From Nemertoderma westbladi (lineage: Eukaryota > Animalia > Xenacoelomorpha), in the NCBI GenBank assembly GCA_032718475.1, contig JAUCBJ010009143.1:124001-188000 (forward strand): 64,000 bases of DNA, given 5' to 3'. A program made the position numbers and the translations under genes. The notes beneath the pieces are model-generated. The model was not told the DNA's origin, searched no databases, and was given only the letters and a program-made list of their open reading frames with translations. This document shows, piece by piece, positions 27,201 to 40,600 of this stretch (positions are counted from its first letter, which is position 1; each line of letters opens with the position of its first letter).

Positions 27201-30200
27201 TCTACTTCCGCACACTCGAAAGCCTCAGCAACTGGGCCAGCAGCTCTCCCGATTAATCCACCTTCTACTTCCGCACACTCGAAGCCTCAGCAACTGGGCC
27301 ACCAGCTCTCCCGATTAATCCACCTTCTACTTCCGCACACTCGAAGCCTCAGCAACTGGGCCAGCAGCTCTCCAGATTAATTTACCTTCTTCTTCCGCTC
27401 ACTCGAAAGCCTCAGCAACTGGGCCAGCAGCTCTCCAGATTAATTTACCTTCTTCTTCCGCTCACTCGAAAGCCTCAGCAACTGGGCCAGCAGCTCTCCC
27501 GATTAATTTACCTTCTTCTTCCGCTCACTCGAAAGCTTCAGCAACTGGGCCAGCAGCTCTCCCGATTAATTTACTTTCTACTTCCGCACACTCGAAAGCC
27601 TCAGCAACTGGGCCAGCAGCTCTCCCGATTAATCCACCTTCTACTTCCGCACACTCGAAGCCTCAGCAACTGGGCCACCAGCTCTCCCGATTAATCCACC
27701 TTCTACTTCCGCACACTCGAAGCCTCAGCAACTGGGCCAGCAGCTCTCCCGATTAATCCACCTTCTACTTCCGCACACTCGAAGCCTCAGCAACTGGGCC
27801 AGCAGCTCTCCCGATTAATCCACCTTCTACTTCCGCACACTCGAAGCCTCATCAACTGGGCCAGCAGCTCTCCAGATTAATTTACCTTCTTCTTCCGCTC
27901 ACTCGAAAGCCTCAGCAACTGGGCCAGCAGCTCTCCCGATTAATCCACCTTCTACTTCCGCACACTCGAAGCCTCAGCAACTGGGCCAGCAGCTCTCCCG
28001 ATTAATCCACCTTCTACTTCCGCACACTCGAAGCCTCAGCAACTGGGCCAGCAGCTCTCCCGATTAATCCACCTTCTACTTCCGCACACTCGAAGCCTCA
28101 TCAACTGGGCCAGCAGCTCTCCAGATTAATTTACCTTCTTCTTCCGCTCACTCGAAAGCCTCAGCAACTGGGCCAGCAGCTCTCCCGATTAATTTACCTT
28201 CTACTTCCGCACACTCGAAAGCCTCAGCAACTGGGCCAGCAGCTCTCCCGATTAATCCACCTTCTACTTCCGCACACTCGAAGCCTCAGCAACTGGGCCA
28301 GCAGCTCTCCCGATTAATCCACCTTCTACTTCCGCACACTCGAAGCCTCAGCAACTGGGCCAGCAGCTCTCCAGATTTATTTACCTTCTACTTCTGCTCA
28401 CTCGAAAGCCTCAGCAACTGGGCCAGCAGCTCTCCAGATTAATTTACCTTCTACTTCTGCTCACTCGAAGCCTCAGCAACTGGGCCACCAGCTCTCCCGA
28501 TTAATCCAACTTCTACTTCCGCACACTCGAAGCCTCACCACCTGGCCAGCAGCTCTCCCGATTAATCCACCTTCTACTTCCGCACGCTCGAAGCCTCAGC
28601 AACTGGGCCAGCAGCTCTCCCGATTAATCCACCTTCTACTTCCGCACACTCGAAGCCTCAGCAACTGGGCCAGCAGCTCTCCCGATTAATCCACCTTCTA
28701 CTTCCGCACACTCGAAGCCTCAGCAACTGGGCCAGCAGCTCTCCAGATTAATTTACCTTCTACTTCCGCACACTCGAAGCCTCAGCAACTGGGCCAGCAG
28801 CTCTCCCGATTAATCCACCTTCTACTTCCGCTCACTCGAAAGCCTCAGCAACTAGGCCAGCAGTTCTCCCGATTATTCCACCTTCTACTTCCGCACACTC
28901 GAAGCCTCAGCAACTGGGCCAGCATCTCTCCAGATTAATTTACCTTCTTCTTCCGCTCACTCGAAAGCCTCAGCAACTGGGCCAGCAGCTCTCCAGATTA
29001 ATTTACCTTCTACTTCCGCTCACTCGAAAGCCTCAGCAACTGGGCCAGCAGCTCTCCAGATTAATTTACCTTCTTCTTTCGCTCACTCGAAAGCCTCAGC
29101 AACTGGGCCAGCATCTCTCCAGATTAATTTACCTTCTTCTTCCGCTCACTCGAAAGCCTCAGCAACTGGGCCAGCAGCTCTCCAGATTAATTTACCTTCT
29201 TCTTCCGCTCACTCGAAAGCCTCAGCAACTGGGCCAGCAGCTCTCCCGATTAATTTACCTTCTACTTCCGCACACTCGAAAGCCTCAGCAACTGGGCCAG
29301 CAGCTCTCCCGATTAATTTACCTTCTACTTCCGCACACTCGAAGCCTCATCAACTGGGCCAGCAGCTCTCCAGATTAATTTACCTTCTTCTTCCGCTCAC
29401 TCGAAAGCCTCAGCAACTGGGCCAGCAGCTCTCCCGATTAATTTACCTTCTACTTCCGCACACTCGAAAGCCTCAGCAACTGGGCCAGCAGCTCTCCCGA
29501 TTAATCCACCTTCTACTTCCGCACACTCGAAGCCTCAGCAACTGGGCCACCAGCTCTCCCGATTAATCCACCTTCTACTTCCGCACACTCGAAGCCTCAG
29601 CAACTGGGCCAGCAGCTCTCCAGATTAATTTACCTTCTTCTTCCGCTCACTCGAAAGCCTCAGCAACTGGGCCAGCAGCTCTCCAGATTAATTTACCTTC
29701 TTCTTCCGCTCACTCGAAAGCCTCAGCAACTGGGCCAGCAGCTCTCCAGATTAATTTACCTTCTACTTCCGCTCACTCGAAAGCCTCAGCAACTGGGCCA
29801 GCAGCTCTCCCGATTAATTTACCTTCTTCTTCCGCTCACTCGAAAGCCTCAGCAACTGGGCCAGCAGCTCTCCCGATTAATTTACCTTCTACTTCCGCAC
29901 ACTCGAAAGCCTCAGCAACTGGGCCAGCAGCTCTCCCGATTAATCCACCTTCTACTTCCGCACACTCGAAGCCTCAGCAACTGGGCCAGCAGCTCTCCCG
30001 ATTAATCCACCTTCTACTTCCGCACACTCGAAGCCTCAGCAACTGGGCCAGCAGCTCTCCCGATTAATCCACCTTCTACTTCCGCACACTCGAAGCCTCA
30101 GCAACTGGGCCAGCAGCTCTCCCGATTAATCCACCTTCTACTTCCGCACACTCGAAGCCTCATCAACTGGGCCAGCAGCTCTCCAGATTAATTTACCTTC

Positions 30201-33200
30201 TACTTCCGCTCACTCGAAGCCTCAGCAACTGGGCCAGCAGCTCTCCCGATTAATTTACCTTCTACTTCCGCACACTCGAAAGCCTCAGCAACTGGGCCAG
30301 CAGCTCTCCCGATTAATCCACCTTCTACTTCCGCTCACTCGAAGCCTCAGCAACTGGGCCAGCAGCTCTCCCGATTAATCCACCTTCTACTTCCGCACAC
30401 TCGAAGCCTCAGCAACTGGGCCAGCAGCTCTCCAGATTAATTTACCTTCTACTTCCGCTCACTCGAAGCCTCAGCAACTGGGCCAGCAGCTCTCCCGATT
30501 AATCCACCTTCTACTTCCGCACACTCGAAGCCTCAGCAACTGGGCCAGCAGCTCTCCCGATTAATCCACCTTCTACTTCCGCACACTCGAAGCCTCAGCA
30601 ACTGGGCCAGCAGCTCTCCCGATTAATCCACCTTCTACTTCCGCACACTCGAAGCCTCAGCAACTGGGCCAGCAGCTCTCCCGATTAATTCACCTTCTAC
30701 TTCCGCACACTCGAAGCCTCAGCAACTGGGCCAGCAGCTCTCCAGATTAATTTACCTTCTACTTCCGCACACTCGAAGCCTCAGCAACTGGGCCAGCAGC
30801 TCTCCCGATTAATTTACCTTCTACTTCCGCACACTCGAAAGCCTCAGCAACTGGGCCAGCAGCTCTCCCGATTAATCCACCTTCTACTTCCGCACACTCG
30901 AAGCCTCAGCAACTGGGCCAGCAGCTCTCCCGATTAATTCCACCTTCTACTTCCGCACACTCGAAGCCTCAGCAACTGGGCCAGCAGCTCTCCAGATTAA
31001 TTTACCTTCTTCTTCCGCTCACTCGAAAGCCTCAGCAACTGGGCCAGCAGCTCTCCCGATTAATTTACCTTCTTCTTCCGCTCACTCGAAAGCCTCAGCA
31101 ACTGGGCCAGCAGCTCTCCCGATTAATTTACCTTCTACTTCCGCACACTCGAAAGCCTCAGCAACTGGGCCAGCAGCTCTCCCGATTAATCCACCTTCTA
31201 CTTCCGCACACTCGAAGCCTCAGCAACTGGGCCAGCAGCTCTCCCGATTAATCCACCTTCTACTTCCGCACACTCGAAGCCTCAGCAACTGGGCCAGCAG
31301 CTCTCCCGATTAATCCACCTTCTACTTCCGCACACTCGAAGCCTCATCAACTGGGCCAGCAGCTCTCCAGATTAATTTACCTTCTTCTTCCGCTCACTCG
31401 AAAGCCTCAGCAACTGGGCCAGCAGCTCTCCCGATTAATTTACCTTCTACTTCCGCACACTCGAAAGCCTCAGCAACTGGGCCAGCAGCTCTCCCGATTA
31501 ATCCACCTTCTACTTCCGCACACTCGAAGCCTCAGCAACTGGGCCAGCAGCTCTCCCGATTAATCCACCTTCTACTTCCGCACACTCGAAGCCTCAGCAA
31601 CTGGGCCAGCAGCTCTCCAGATTTATTTACCTTCTACTTCTGCTCACTCGAAAGCCTCAGCAACTGGGCCAGCAGCTCTCCAGATTAATTTACCTTCTAC
31701 TTCTGCTCACTCGAAGCCTCAGCAACTGGGCCACCAGCTCTCCCGATTAATCCAACTTCTACTTCCGCACACTCGAAGCCTCACCACCTGGCCAGCAGCT
31801 CTCCCGATTAATCCACCTTCTACTTCCGCACGCTCGAAGCCTCAGCAACTGGGCCAGCAGCTCTCCCGATTAATCCACCTTCTACTTCCGCACACTCGAA
31901 GCCTCAGCAACTGGGCCAGCAGCTCTCCCGATTAATCCACCTTCTACTTCCGCACACTCGAAGCCTCAGCAACTGGGCCAGCAGCTCTCCAGATTAATTT
32001 ACCTTCTACTTCCGCACACTCGAAGCCTCAGCAACTGGGCCAGCAGCTCTCCCGATTAATCCACCTTCTACTTCCGCTCACTCGAAAGCCTCAGCAACTA
32101 GGCCAGCAGTTCTCCCGATTATTCCACCTTCTACTTCCGCACACTCGAAGCCTCAGCAACTGGGCCAGCATCTCTCCAGATTAATTTACCTTCTTCTTCC
32201 GCTCACTCGAAAGCCTCAGCAACTGGGCCAGCAGCTCTCCAGATTAATTTACCTTCTACTTCCGCTCACTCGAAAGCCTCAGCAACTGGGCCAGCACCTC
32301 TCCAGATTAATTTACCTTCTTCTTTCGCTCACTCGAAAGCCTCAGCAACTGGGCCAGCATCTCTCCAGATTAATTTACCTTCTTCTTCCGCTCACTCGAA
32401 AGCCTCAGCAACTGGGCCAGCAGCTCTCCAGATTAATTTACCTTCTTCTTCCGCTCACTCGAAAGCCTCAGCAACTGGGCCAGCAGCTCTCCCGATTAAT
32501 TTACCTTCTACTTCCGCACACTCGAAAGCCTCAGCAACTGGGCCAGCAGCTCTCACGATTAATTTACCTTCTACTTCCGCACACTCGAAGCCTCATCAAC
32601 TGGGCCAGCAGCTCTCCAGATTAATTTACCTTCTTCTTCCGCTCACTCGAAAGCCTCAGCAACTGGGCCAGCAGCTCTCCCGATTAATTTACCTTCTACT
32701 TCCGCACACTCGAAAGCCTCAGCAACTGGGCCAGCAGCTCTCCCGATTAATCCACCTTCTACTTCCGCACACTCGAAGCCTCAGCAACTGGGCCACCAGC
32801 TCTCCCGATTAATCCACCTTCTACTTCCGCACACTCGAAGCCTCAGCAACTGGGCCAGCAGCTCTCCAGATTAATTTACCTTCTTCTTCCGCTCACTCGA
32901 AAGCCTCAGCAACTGGGCCAGCAGCTCTCCAGATTAATTTACCTTCTTCTTCCGCTCACTCGAAAGCCTCAGCAACTGGGCCAGCAGCTCTCCAGATTAA
33001 TTTACCTTCTTCTTCCGCTCACTCGAAAGCCTCAGCAACTGGGCCAGCAGCTCTCCCGATTAATTTACCTTCTTCTTCCGCTCACTCGAAAGCCTCAGCA
33101 ACTGGGCCAGCAGCTCTCCCGATTAATTTACCTTCTACTTCCGCACACTCGAAAGCCTCAGCAACTGGGCCAGCAGCTCTCCCGATTAATCCACCTTCTA

Positions 33201-36200
33201 CTTCCGCACACTCGAAGCCTCAGCAACTGGGCCACCAGCTCTCCCGATTAATCCACCTTCTACTTCCGCACACTCGAAGCCTCAGCAACTGGGCCAGCAG
33301 CTCTCCCGATTAATCCACCTTCTACTTCCGCACACTCGAAGCCTCAGCAACTGGGCCAGCAGCTCTCCCGATTAATCCACCTTCTACTTCCGCACACTCG
33401 AAGCCTCATCAACTGGGCCAGCAGCTCTCCAGATTAATTTACCTTCTTCTTCCGCTCACTCGAAAGCCTCAGCAACTGGGCCAGCAGCTCTCCCGATTAA
33501 TTTACCTTCTACTTCCGCACACTCGAAAGCCTCAGCAACTGGGCCAGCAGCTCTCCCGATTAATCCACCTTCTACTTCCGCACACTCGAAGCCTCAGCAA
33601 CTGGGCCAGCAGCTCTCCCGATTAATCCACCTTCTACTTCCGCACACTCGAAGCCTCAGCAACTGGGCCAGCAGCTCTCCAGATTAATTTACCTTCTACT
33701 TCTGCTCACTCGAAAGCCTCAGCAACTGGGCCAGCAGCTCTCCAGATTAATTTACCTTCTAATTCTGCTCACTCGAAGCCTCAGCAACTGGGCCACCAGC
33801 TCTCCCGATTAATCCAACTTCTACTTCCGCACACTCGAAGCCTCACCACCTGGCCAGCAGCTCTCCCGATTAATCCACCTTCTACTTCCGCACGCTCGAA
33901 GCCTCAGCAACTGGGCCAGCAGCTCTCCCGATTAATCCACCTTCTACTTCCGCACACTCGAAGCCTCAGCAACTGGGCCAGCAGCTCTCCCGATTAATCC
34001 ACCTTCTACTTCCGCACACTCGAAGCCTCAGCAACTGGGCCAGCAGCTCTCCAGATTAATTTACCTTCTACTTCCGCACACTCGAAGCCTCAGCAACTGG
34101 GCCAGCAGCTCTCCCGATTAATCCACCTTCTACTTCCGCTCACTCGAAAGCCTCAGCAACTAGGCCAGCAGTTCTCCCGATTATTCCACCTTCTACTTCC
34201 GCACACTCGAAGCCTCAGCAACTGGGCCAGCATCTCTCTAGATTAATTTACCTTCTTCTTCCGCTCACTCGAAAGCCTCAGCAACTGGGCCAGCAGCTCT
34301 CCAGATTAATTTACCTTCTACTTCCGCTCACTCGAAAGCCTCAGCAACTGGGCCAGCAGCTCTCCAGATTAATTTACCTTCTTCTTCCGCTCACTCGAAA
34401 GCCTCAGCAACTGGGCCAGCAGCTCTCCCGATTAATTTACCTTCTACTTCCGCACACTCGAAAGCCTCAGCAACTGGGCCAGCAGCTCTCCCGATTAATC
34501 CACCTTCTACTTCCGCACACTCGAAGCCTCAGCAACTGGGCCACCAGCTCTCCCGATTAATCCACCTTCTACTTCCGCACACTCGAAGCCTCAGCAACTG
34601 GGCCAGCAGCTCTCCAGATTAATTTACCTTCTTCTTCCGCTCACTCGAAAGCCTCAGCAACTGGGCCAGCAGCTCTCCAGATTAATTTACCTTCTTCTTC
34701 CGCTCACTCGAAAGCCTCAGCAACTGGGCCAGCAGCTCTCCCGATTAATTTACCTTCTTCTTCCGCTCACTCGAAAGCTTCAGCAACTGGGCCAGCAGCT
34801 CTCCCGATTAATTTACTTTCTACTTCCGCACACTCGAAAGCCTCAGCAACTGGGCCAGCAGCTCTCCCGATTAATCCACCTTCTACTTCCGCACACTCGA
34901 AGCCTCAGCAACTGGGCCACCAGCTCTCCCGATTAATCCACCTTCTACTTCCACACACTCGAAGCCTCAGCAACTGGGCCAGCAGCTCTCCCGATTAATC
35001 CACCTTCTACTTCCGCACACTCGAAGCCTCAGCAACTGGGCCAGCAGCTCTCCCGATTAATCCACCTTCTACTTCCGCACACTCGAAGCCTCATCAACTG
35101 GGCCAGCAGCTCTCCAGATTAATTTACCTTCTTCTTCCGCTCACTCGAAAGCCTCAGCAACTGGGCCAGCAGCTCTCCCGATTAATTTACCTTCTACTTC
35201 CGCACACTCGAAAGCCTCAGCAACTGGGCCAGCAGCTCTCCCGATTAATCCACCTTCTACTTCCGCACACTCGAAGCCTCAGCAACTGGGCCAGCAGCTC
35301 TCCCGATTAATCCACCTTCTACTTCCGCACACTCGAAGCCTCAGCAACTGGGCCAGCAGCTCTCCAGATTTATTTACCTTCTACTTCTGCTCACTCGAAA
35401 GCCTCAGCAACTGGGCCAGCAGCTCTCCAGATTAATTTACCTTCTACTTCTGCTCACTCGAAGCCTCAGCAACTGGGCCACCAGCTCTCCCGATTAATCC
35501 AACTTCTACTTCCGCACACTCGAAGCCTCACCACCTGGCCAGCAGCTCTCCCGATTAATCCACCTTCTACTTCCGCACGCTCGAAGCCTCAGCAACTGGG
35601 CCAGCAGCTCTCCCGATTAATCCACCTTCTACTTCCGCACACTCGAAGCCTCAGCAACTGGGCCAGCAGCTCTCCCGATTAATCCACCTTCTACTTCCGC
35701 ACACTCGAAGCCTCAGCAACTGGGCCAGCAGCTCTCCAGATTAATTTACCTTCTACTTCCGCACACTCGAAGCCTCAGCAACTGGGCCAGCAGCTCTCCC
35801 GATTAATCCACCTTCTACTTCCGCTCACTCGAAAGCCTCAGCAACTAGGCCAGCAGTTCTCCCGATTATTCCACCTTCTACTTCCGCACACTCGAAGCCT
35901 CAGCAACTGGGCCAGCATCTCTCCAGATTAATTTACCTTCTTCTTCCGCTCACTCGAAAGCCTCAGCAACTGGGCCAGCAGCTCTCCAGATTAATTTACC
36001 TTCTACTTCCGCTCACTCGAAAGCCTCAGCAACTGGGCCAGCAGCTCTCCAGATTAATTTACCTTCTGCTTTCGCTCACTCGAAAGCCTCAGCAACTGGG
36101 CCAGCAGCTCTCCAGATTAATTTACCTTCTTCTTCCGCTCACTCGAAAGCCTCAGCAACTGGGCCAGCAGCTCTCCAGATTAATTTACCTTCTTCTTCCG
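24300..36200. repeat. ~7.2-kb block duplication built on a variable ~1.7-2.1-kb cassette repeat
   Basis: Private SNPs offset by exactly 7242 bp: CTAATT 26519/33761, CTAGA 26996/34238, GAAAGCTT 27531/34773. Cassette marker TCACCACCTGG at about 24478, 26601, 28535, 31781, 33843 and 35528. Confidence 0.85.
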
Positions 36201-37104
36201 CTCACTCGAAAGCCTCAGCAACTGGGCCAGCAGCTCTCCCGATTAATTTACCTTCTACTTCCGCACACTCGAAGCCTCATCAACTGGGCCAGCAGCTCTC
36301 CAGATTAATTTACCTTCTTCTTCCGCTCACTCGAAAGCCTCAGCAACTGGGCCAGCAGCTCTCCCGATTAATTTACCTTCTACTTCCGCACACTCGAAGC
36401 CTCATCAACTGGTCCAGCAGCTCTCCTGATTAATCCACCTTCTACTTCCGCTCACTCGAAAGCCTCAGCAACTGGGCCACCAGCTCTCCCGATTAATTTA
36501 CCTTCTACTTCCGCACACTCGAAGCCTCATCAACTGGGCCAGCAGCTCTCCAGATTAATTTACCTTCTTCTTCCGCTCACTCGAAAGCCTCAGCAACTGG
36601 GCCAGCAGCTCTCCAGATTAATCCACTTTCTACTTCCGCACACTCGAAGCCTCATCAACTGGGTCAGCAGCTCTCCAGATTAATCCACCTTCTACTTCCA
36701 CTCACTCGAAGCCTCATCAACTGGTCCAGCAGCTCTCCCGATTAATCCACCTTCTACTTCCGCTCACTCGAAAGCCTCATCAACTGGGCCAGCAGCTCTC
36801 CAGATTAATTTACCTTCTACTTCAGCTCACTCGAAAGCCTCATTAACTGGGCCAGCAGCTCTAACGATTAATCCACCTTCTACTTCCGCACACTCGAAGC
36901 CTCATCAACTGGGTCAGCAGCTCTCCAGATTAATCCACCTTCTACTTCCGCTCACTCGAAAGCCTCATCAACTGGTCCAGCAGCTCTCCCGATTAATCCA
37001 CCTTCTACTTCAGCTCACTCGAAAGCATCAGCAACTGGGCCAGCAGCTCTCCAGATTAATTTACCTTCTACTTCCGCTCACTCGAAGCCTCAGCAACTGG
37101 GCCA

Positions 37105-37620
37105 CCAGATCTCCCTATTAATCCACCTTCTACTTCCGCACACTCGAAGCCTCACCACCTGGCCAGCAGCACTCCAGATTAATTTATCTTCTACTTCAAC
37201 CGGGCCACCAGATCTCCCGATTAATCCAACTTCTACTTCCGCACACTCGAAGCCTCACCACCTAGCCAGCAGCACTCCAGATTAATTTATCTTCTACTTC
37301 AACCGGGCCACCAGATCTCCCGATTAATCCAACTTCTACTTCCGCACACTCGAAGCCTCATCAACTGGGCCAGCAGCACTCCAGATTAATTTATCTTCTA
37401 CTTCAACTGGGCCACCAGATCTCCCGATTAATCCAACTTCTACTTCCGCACACTCGAAGCCTCACCACCTGGCCAGCAGCACTCCAGATTAATTTATCTT
37501 CTACTTCAACTGGGCCACCAGATCTCCCGATTAATCCAACTTCTACTTCCGCACACTCGAAGCCTCACCACCTGGCCAGCAGCACTCCAGATTAATTTAT
37601 CTTCTACTTCAACTGGGCCA
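37105..37620. repeat. Island of five 103/104-bp units inside domain A (copy 1)
   Basis: Deletion junctions TCTACTTCAAC at about 37197, 37300, 37404, 37507 and 37610, with AGATCT and GCAGCACTCC markers. Confidence 0.93.
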
Positions 37621-40600
37621 CCAGCTCTCCCGATTAATCCACCTTCTACTTCCGCACGCTCGAAGCCTCATCAACTGGGCCATCAGCTCTCCCGATTATT
37701 CAACCTTCTACTTCCGCACACTTGAAGCCTCATCAACTGGGCCAGCAGCTCTCCAAATTAATTTACCTTCTACTTCCGCACACTCGAAGCCTCTGCAACT
37801 GGGCCAGCAGCTCTCCCAATTATTCAACCTTCTACTTCCGCACACTCGAAGCCTCATCAACTGGGCCAGCAGCTCTCCAAGTTAATTTACCTTCTACTTC
37901 CACACACTCGATGCCTCATCAACTGGGCCAGCAGCTCTCCAAATTAATTTACCTTCTACTTCCGCACTCTCGATGCCTCATCAACTGGGCCAGCAGCTCT
38001 CCCGATTAATTCACCTTCTACTTCCGAGCACTCGAAGCCTCAGCATCTGGGCCAGCAGCTCTCCAGATTAATGTACCTTCTACTTCCGCACACTCGAAGC
38101 CTCAGCAACTGGGCGACCAGCTCTCACGATTAATCCACCTTCTACTTCCGCACACTCGAAGCCTCAGCAACTGGGCCAGCAGCTCTCCCGATTAATCCAC
38201 CTTCTACTTCCGCACACTCGAAGCCTCAGCAACTGGTCCAGCAGCTCTCCAGATTAATTTACCTTCTTCTTCCACTCACTCGAAAGCCTCAGCAACTGGG
38301 CCAGCAGCTCTCCCGATTAATCCACCTTCTACTTCCGCACACTCGAAAGCCTCAGCAACTGGGCCAGCAGCTCTCCCAATTAATCCACCTTCTACTTACG
38401 CACACTCGAAGCCTCAGCAACTGGGCCAGCAGTTCTCCCGATTATTCCACCTTCTACTTCCGCACACTCGAAGCCTCATCAACTGGGCCAGCAGCTCTCC
38501 AGATTAGTTTACCTTCTTCTTCCGCTCACTCGAAAGCCTCAGCAACTGGGCCAGCAGCTCTCCCGATTAATTTACCTTCTACTTCCGCACACTCGAAAGC
38601 CTCAGCAACTGGGCCAGCAGCTCTCCCGATTAATCCACCTTCTACTTCCGCACACTCGAAGCCTCAGCAACTGGGCCAGCAGCTCTCCCGATTAATCCAC
38701 CTTCTACTTCCGCACACTCGAAGCCTCAGCAACTGGGCCAGCAGCTCTCCAGATTAATTTACCTTCTTCTTCCGCTCACTCGAAAGCCTCAGCAACTGGG
38801 CCAGCAGCTCTCCCGATTAATTTGCCTTCTACTTCCGCACACTCAAAAGCCTCAGCAACTGGGCCAGCAGCTCTCCCGATTAATCCACCTTCTACTTCCG
38901 CACAATCGAAGCCTCAGCAACTGGGCCAGCAGCTCTCCCGATTAATCCACCTTCTACTTCCGCACACTCGAAGCCTCATCAACTGGGCCAGCAGCTCTCC
39001 AGATTAATTTACCTTCTACTTCCGCACACTCGAAGCCTCAGCAACTGGGCCAGCAGCTCTCCCGATTAATCCACCTTCTACTTCCGCACACTCGAAGCCT
39101 CAGCAACTGGGCCAGCTGCTCTCCCGATTAATCCACCTTCTACTTCCGCACACTCGAAGCCTCAGCAACTGGGCCAGCAGCTCTCCCGATTAATTTACCT
39201 TCTACTTCCGCACACTCGAAGCCTCAGCAACTGGGCCAGCAGCTCTCCCGATTAATCCACCTTCTACTTCCGCACACTCGAAGCCTCAGCAACTGGGCCA
39301 GCAGCTCTCCCGATTAATCCACCTTCTACTTCCGCACACTCGAAGCCTCAGCAACTGGGCCAGCAGCTCTCCAGATTAATTTACCTTCTACTTCCGCACA
39401 CTCGAAGCCTCAGCAACTGGGTCATCAGCTCTCCAGATTAATTTACCTTCTACTTCTGCTCACTCGAAAGCCTCAGCAACTGGGCCAGCAGCTCTCCCGA
39501 TTAATCCACCTTCTACTTCCGCACACTCGAAGCTTCAGCAACTGGGCCAGCAGCTCTCCCGATTAATCCACCTTCTACTTCCGCACACTCGAAGCCTCAG
39601 CAACTGGGTCAGCAGCTCTCCAGATTAATTTACCTTCTACTTCTGCTCACTCGAAAGCCTCAGCAACTGGGCCAGCAGCTCTCCCGATTAATCCACCTTC
39701 TACTTCCGCACACTCGAAGCCTCAGCAACTGGGCCAGCAGCTCTCCCGATTAATCCACCTTCTACTTCCGCACACTCGAAGCCTCAGCAACTGGGCCAGC
39801 AGCTCTCCCGATTAATTTACCTTCTACTTCCGCACACTCGAAGCCTCAGCAACTGGTCCAGCAGCTCTCCCGATTAATCCACCTTCTACTTCCGCTCACT
39901 CGAAAGCCTCAGCAACTAGGCCAGCAGTTCTCCCGATTATTCCACCTTCTACTTCCGCACACTCGAAGCCTCAGCAACTGGGCCAGCTGCTCTCCCGATT
40001 AATCCACCTTCTACTTCCGCACACTCGAAGCCTCAGCAACTGGGCCAGCAGCTCTCCCGATTAATTTACCTTCTACTTCCGCACACTCGAAGCCTCAGCA
40101 ACTGGGCCAGCAGCTCTCCCGATTAATCCACCTTCTACTTCCGCACACTCGAAGCCTCAGCAACTGGGCCAGCAGCTCTCCCGATTAATCCACCTTCTAC
40201 TTCCGCACACTCGAAGCCTCAGCAACTGGGCCAGCAGCTCTCCAGATTAATTTACCTTCTACTTCCGCACACTCGAAGCCTCAGCAACTGGGTCATCAGC
40301 TCTCCAGATTAATTTACCTTCTACTTCTGCTCACTCGAAAGCCTCAGCAACTGGGCCAGCAGCTCTCCCGATTAATCCACCTTCTACTTCCGCACACTCG
40401 AAGCTTCAGCAACTGGGCCAGCAGCTCTCCCGATTAATCCACCTTCTACTTCCGCACACTCGAAGCCTCAGCAACTGGGTCAGCAGCTCTCCAGATTAAT
40501 TTACCTTCTACTTCTGCTCACTCGAAAGCCTCAGCAACTGGGCCAGCAGCTCTCCCGATTAATCCACCTTCTACTTCCGCACACTCGAAGCCTCAGCAAC

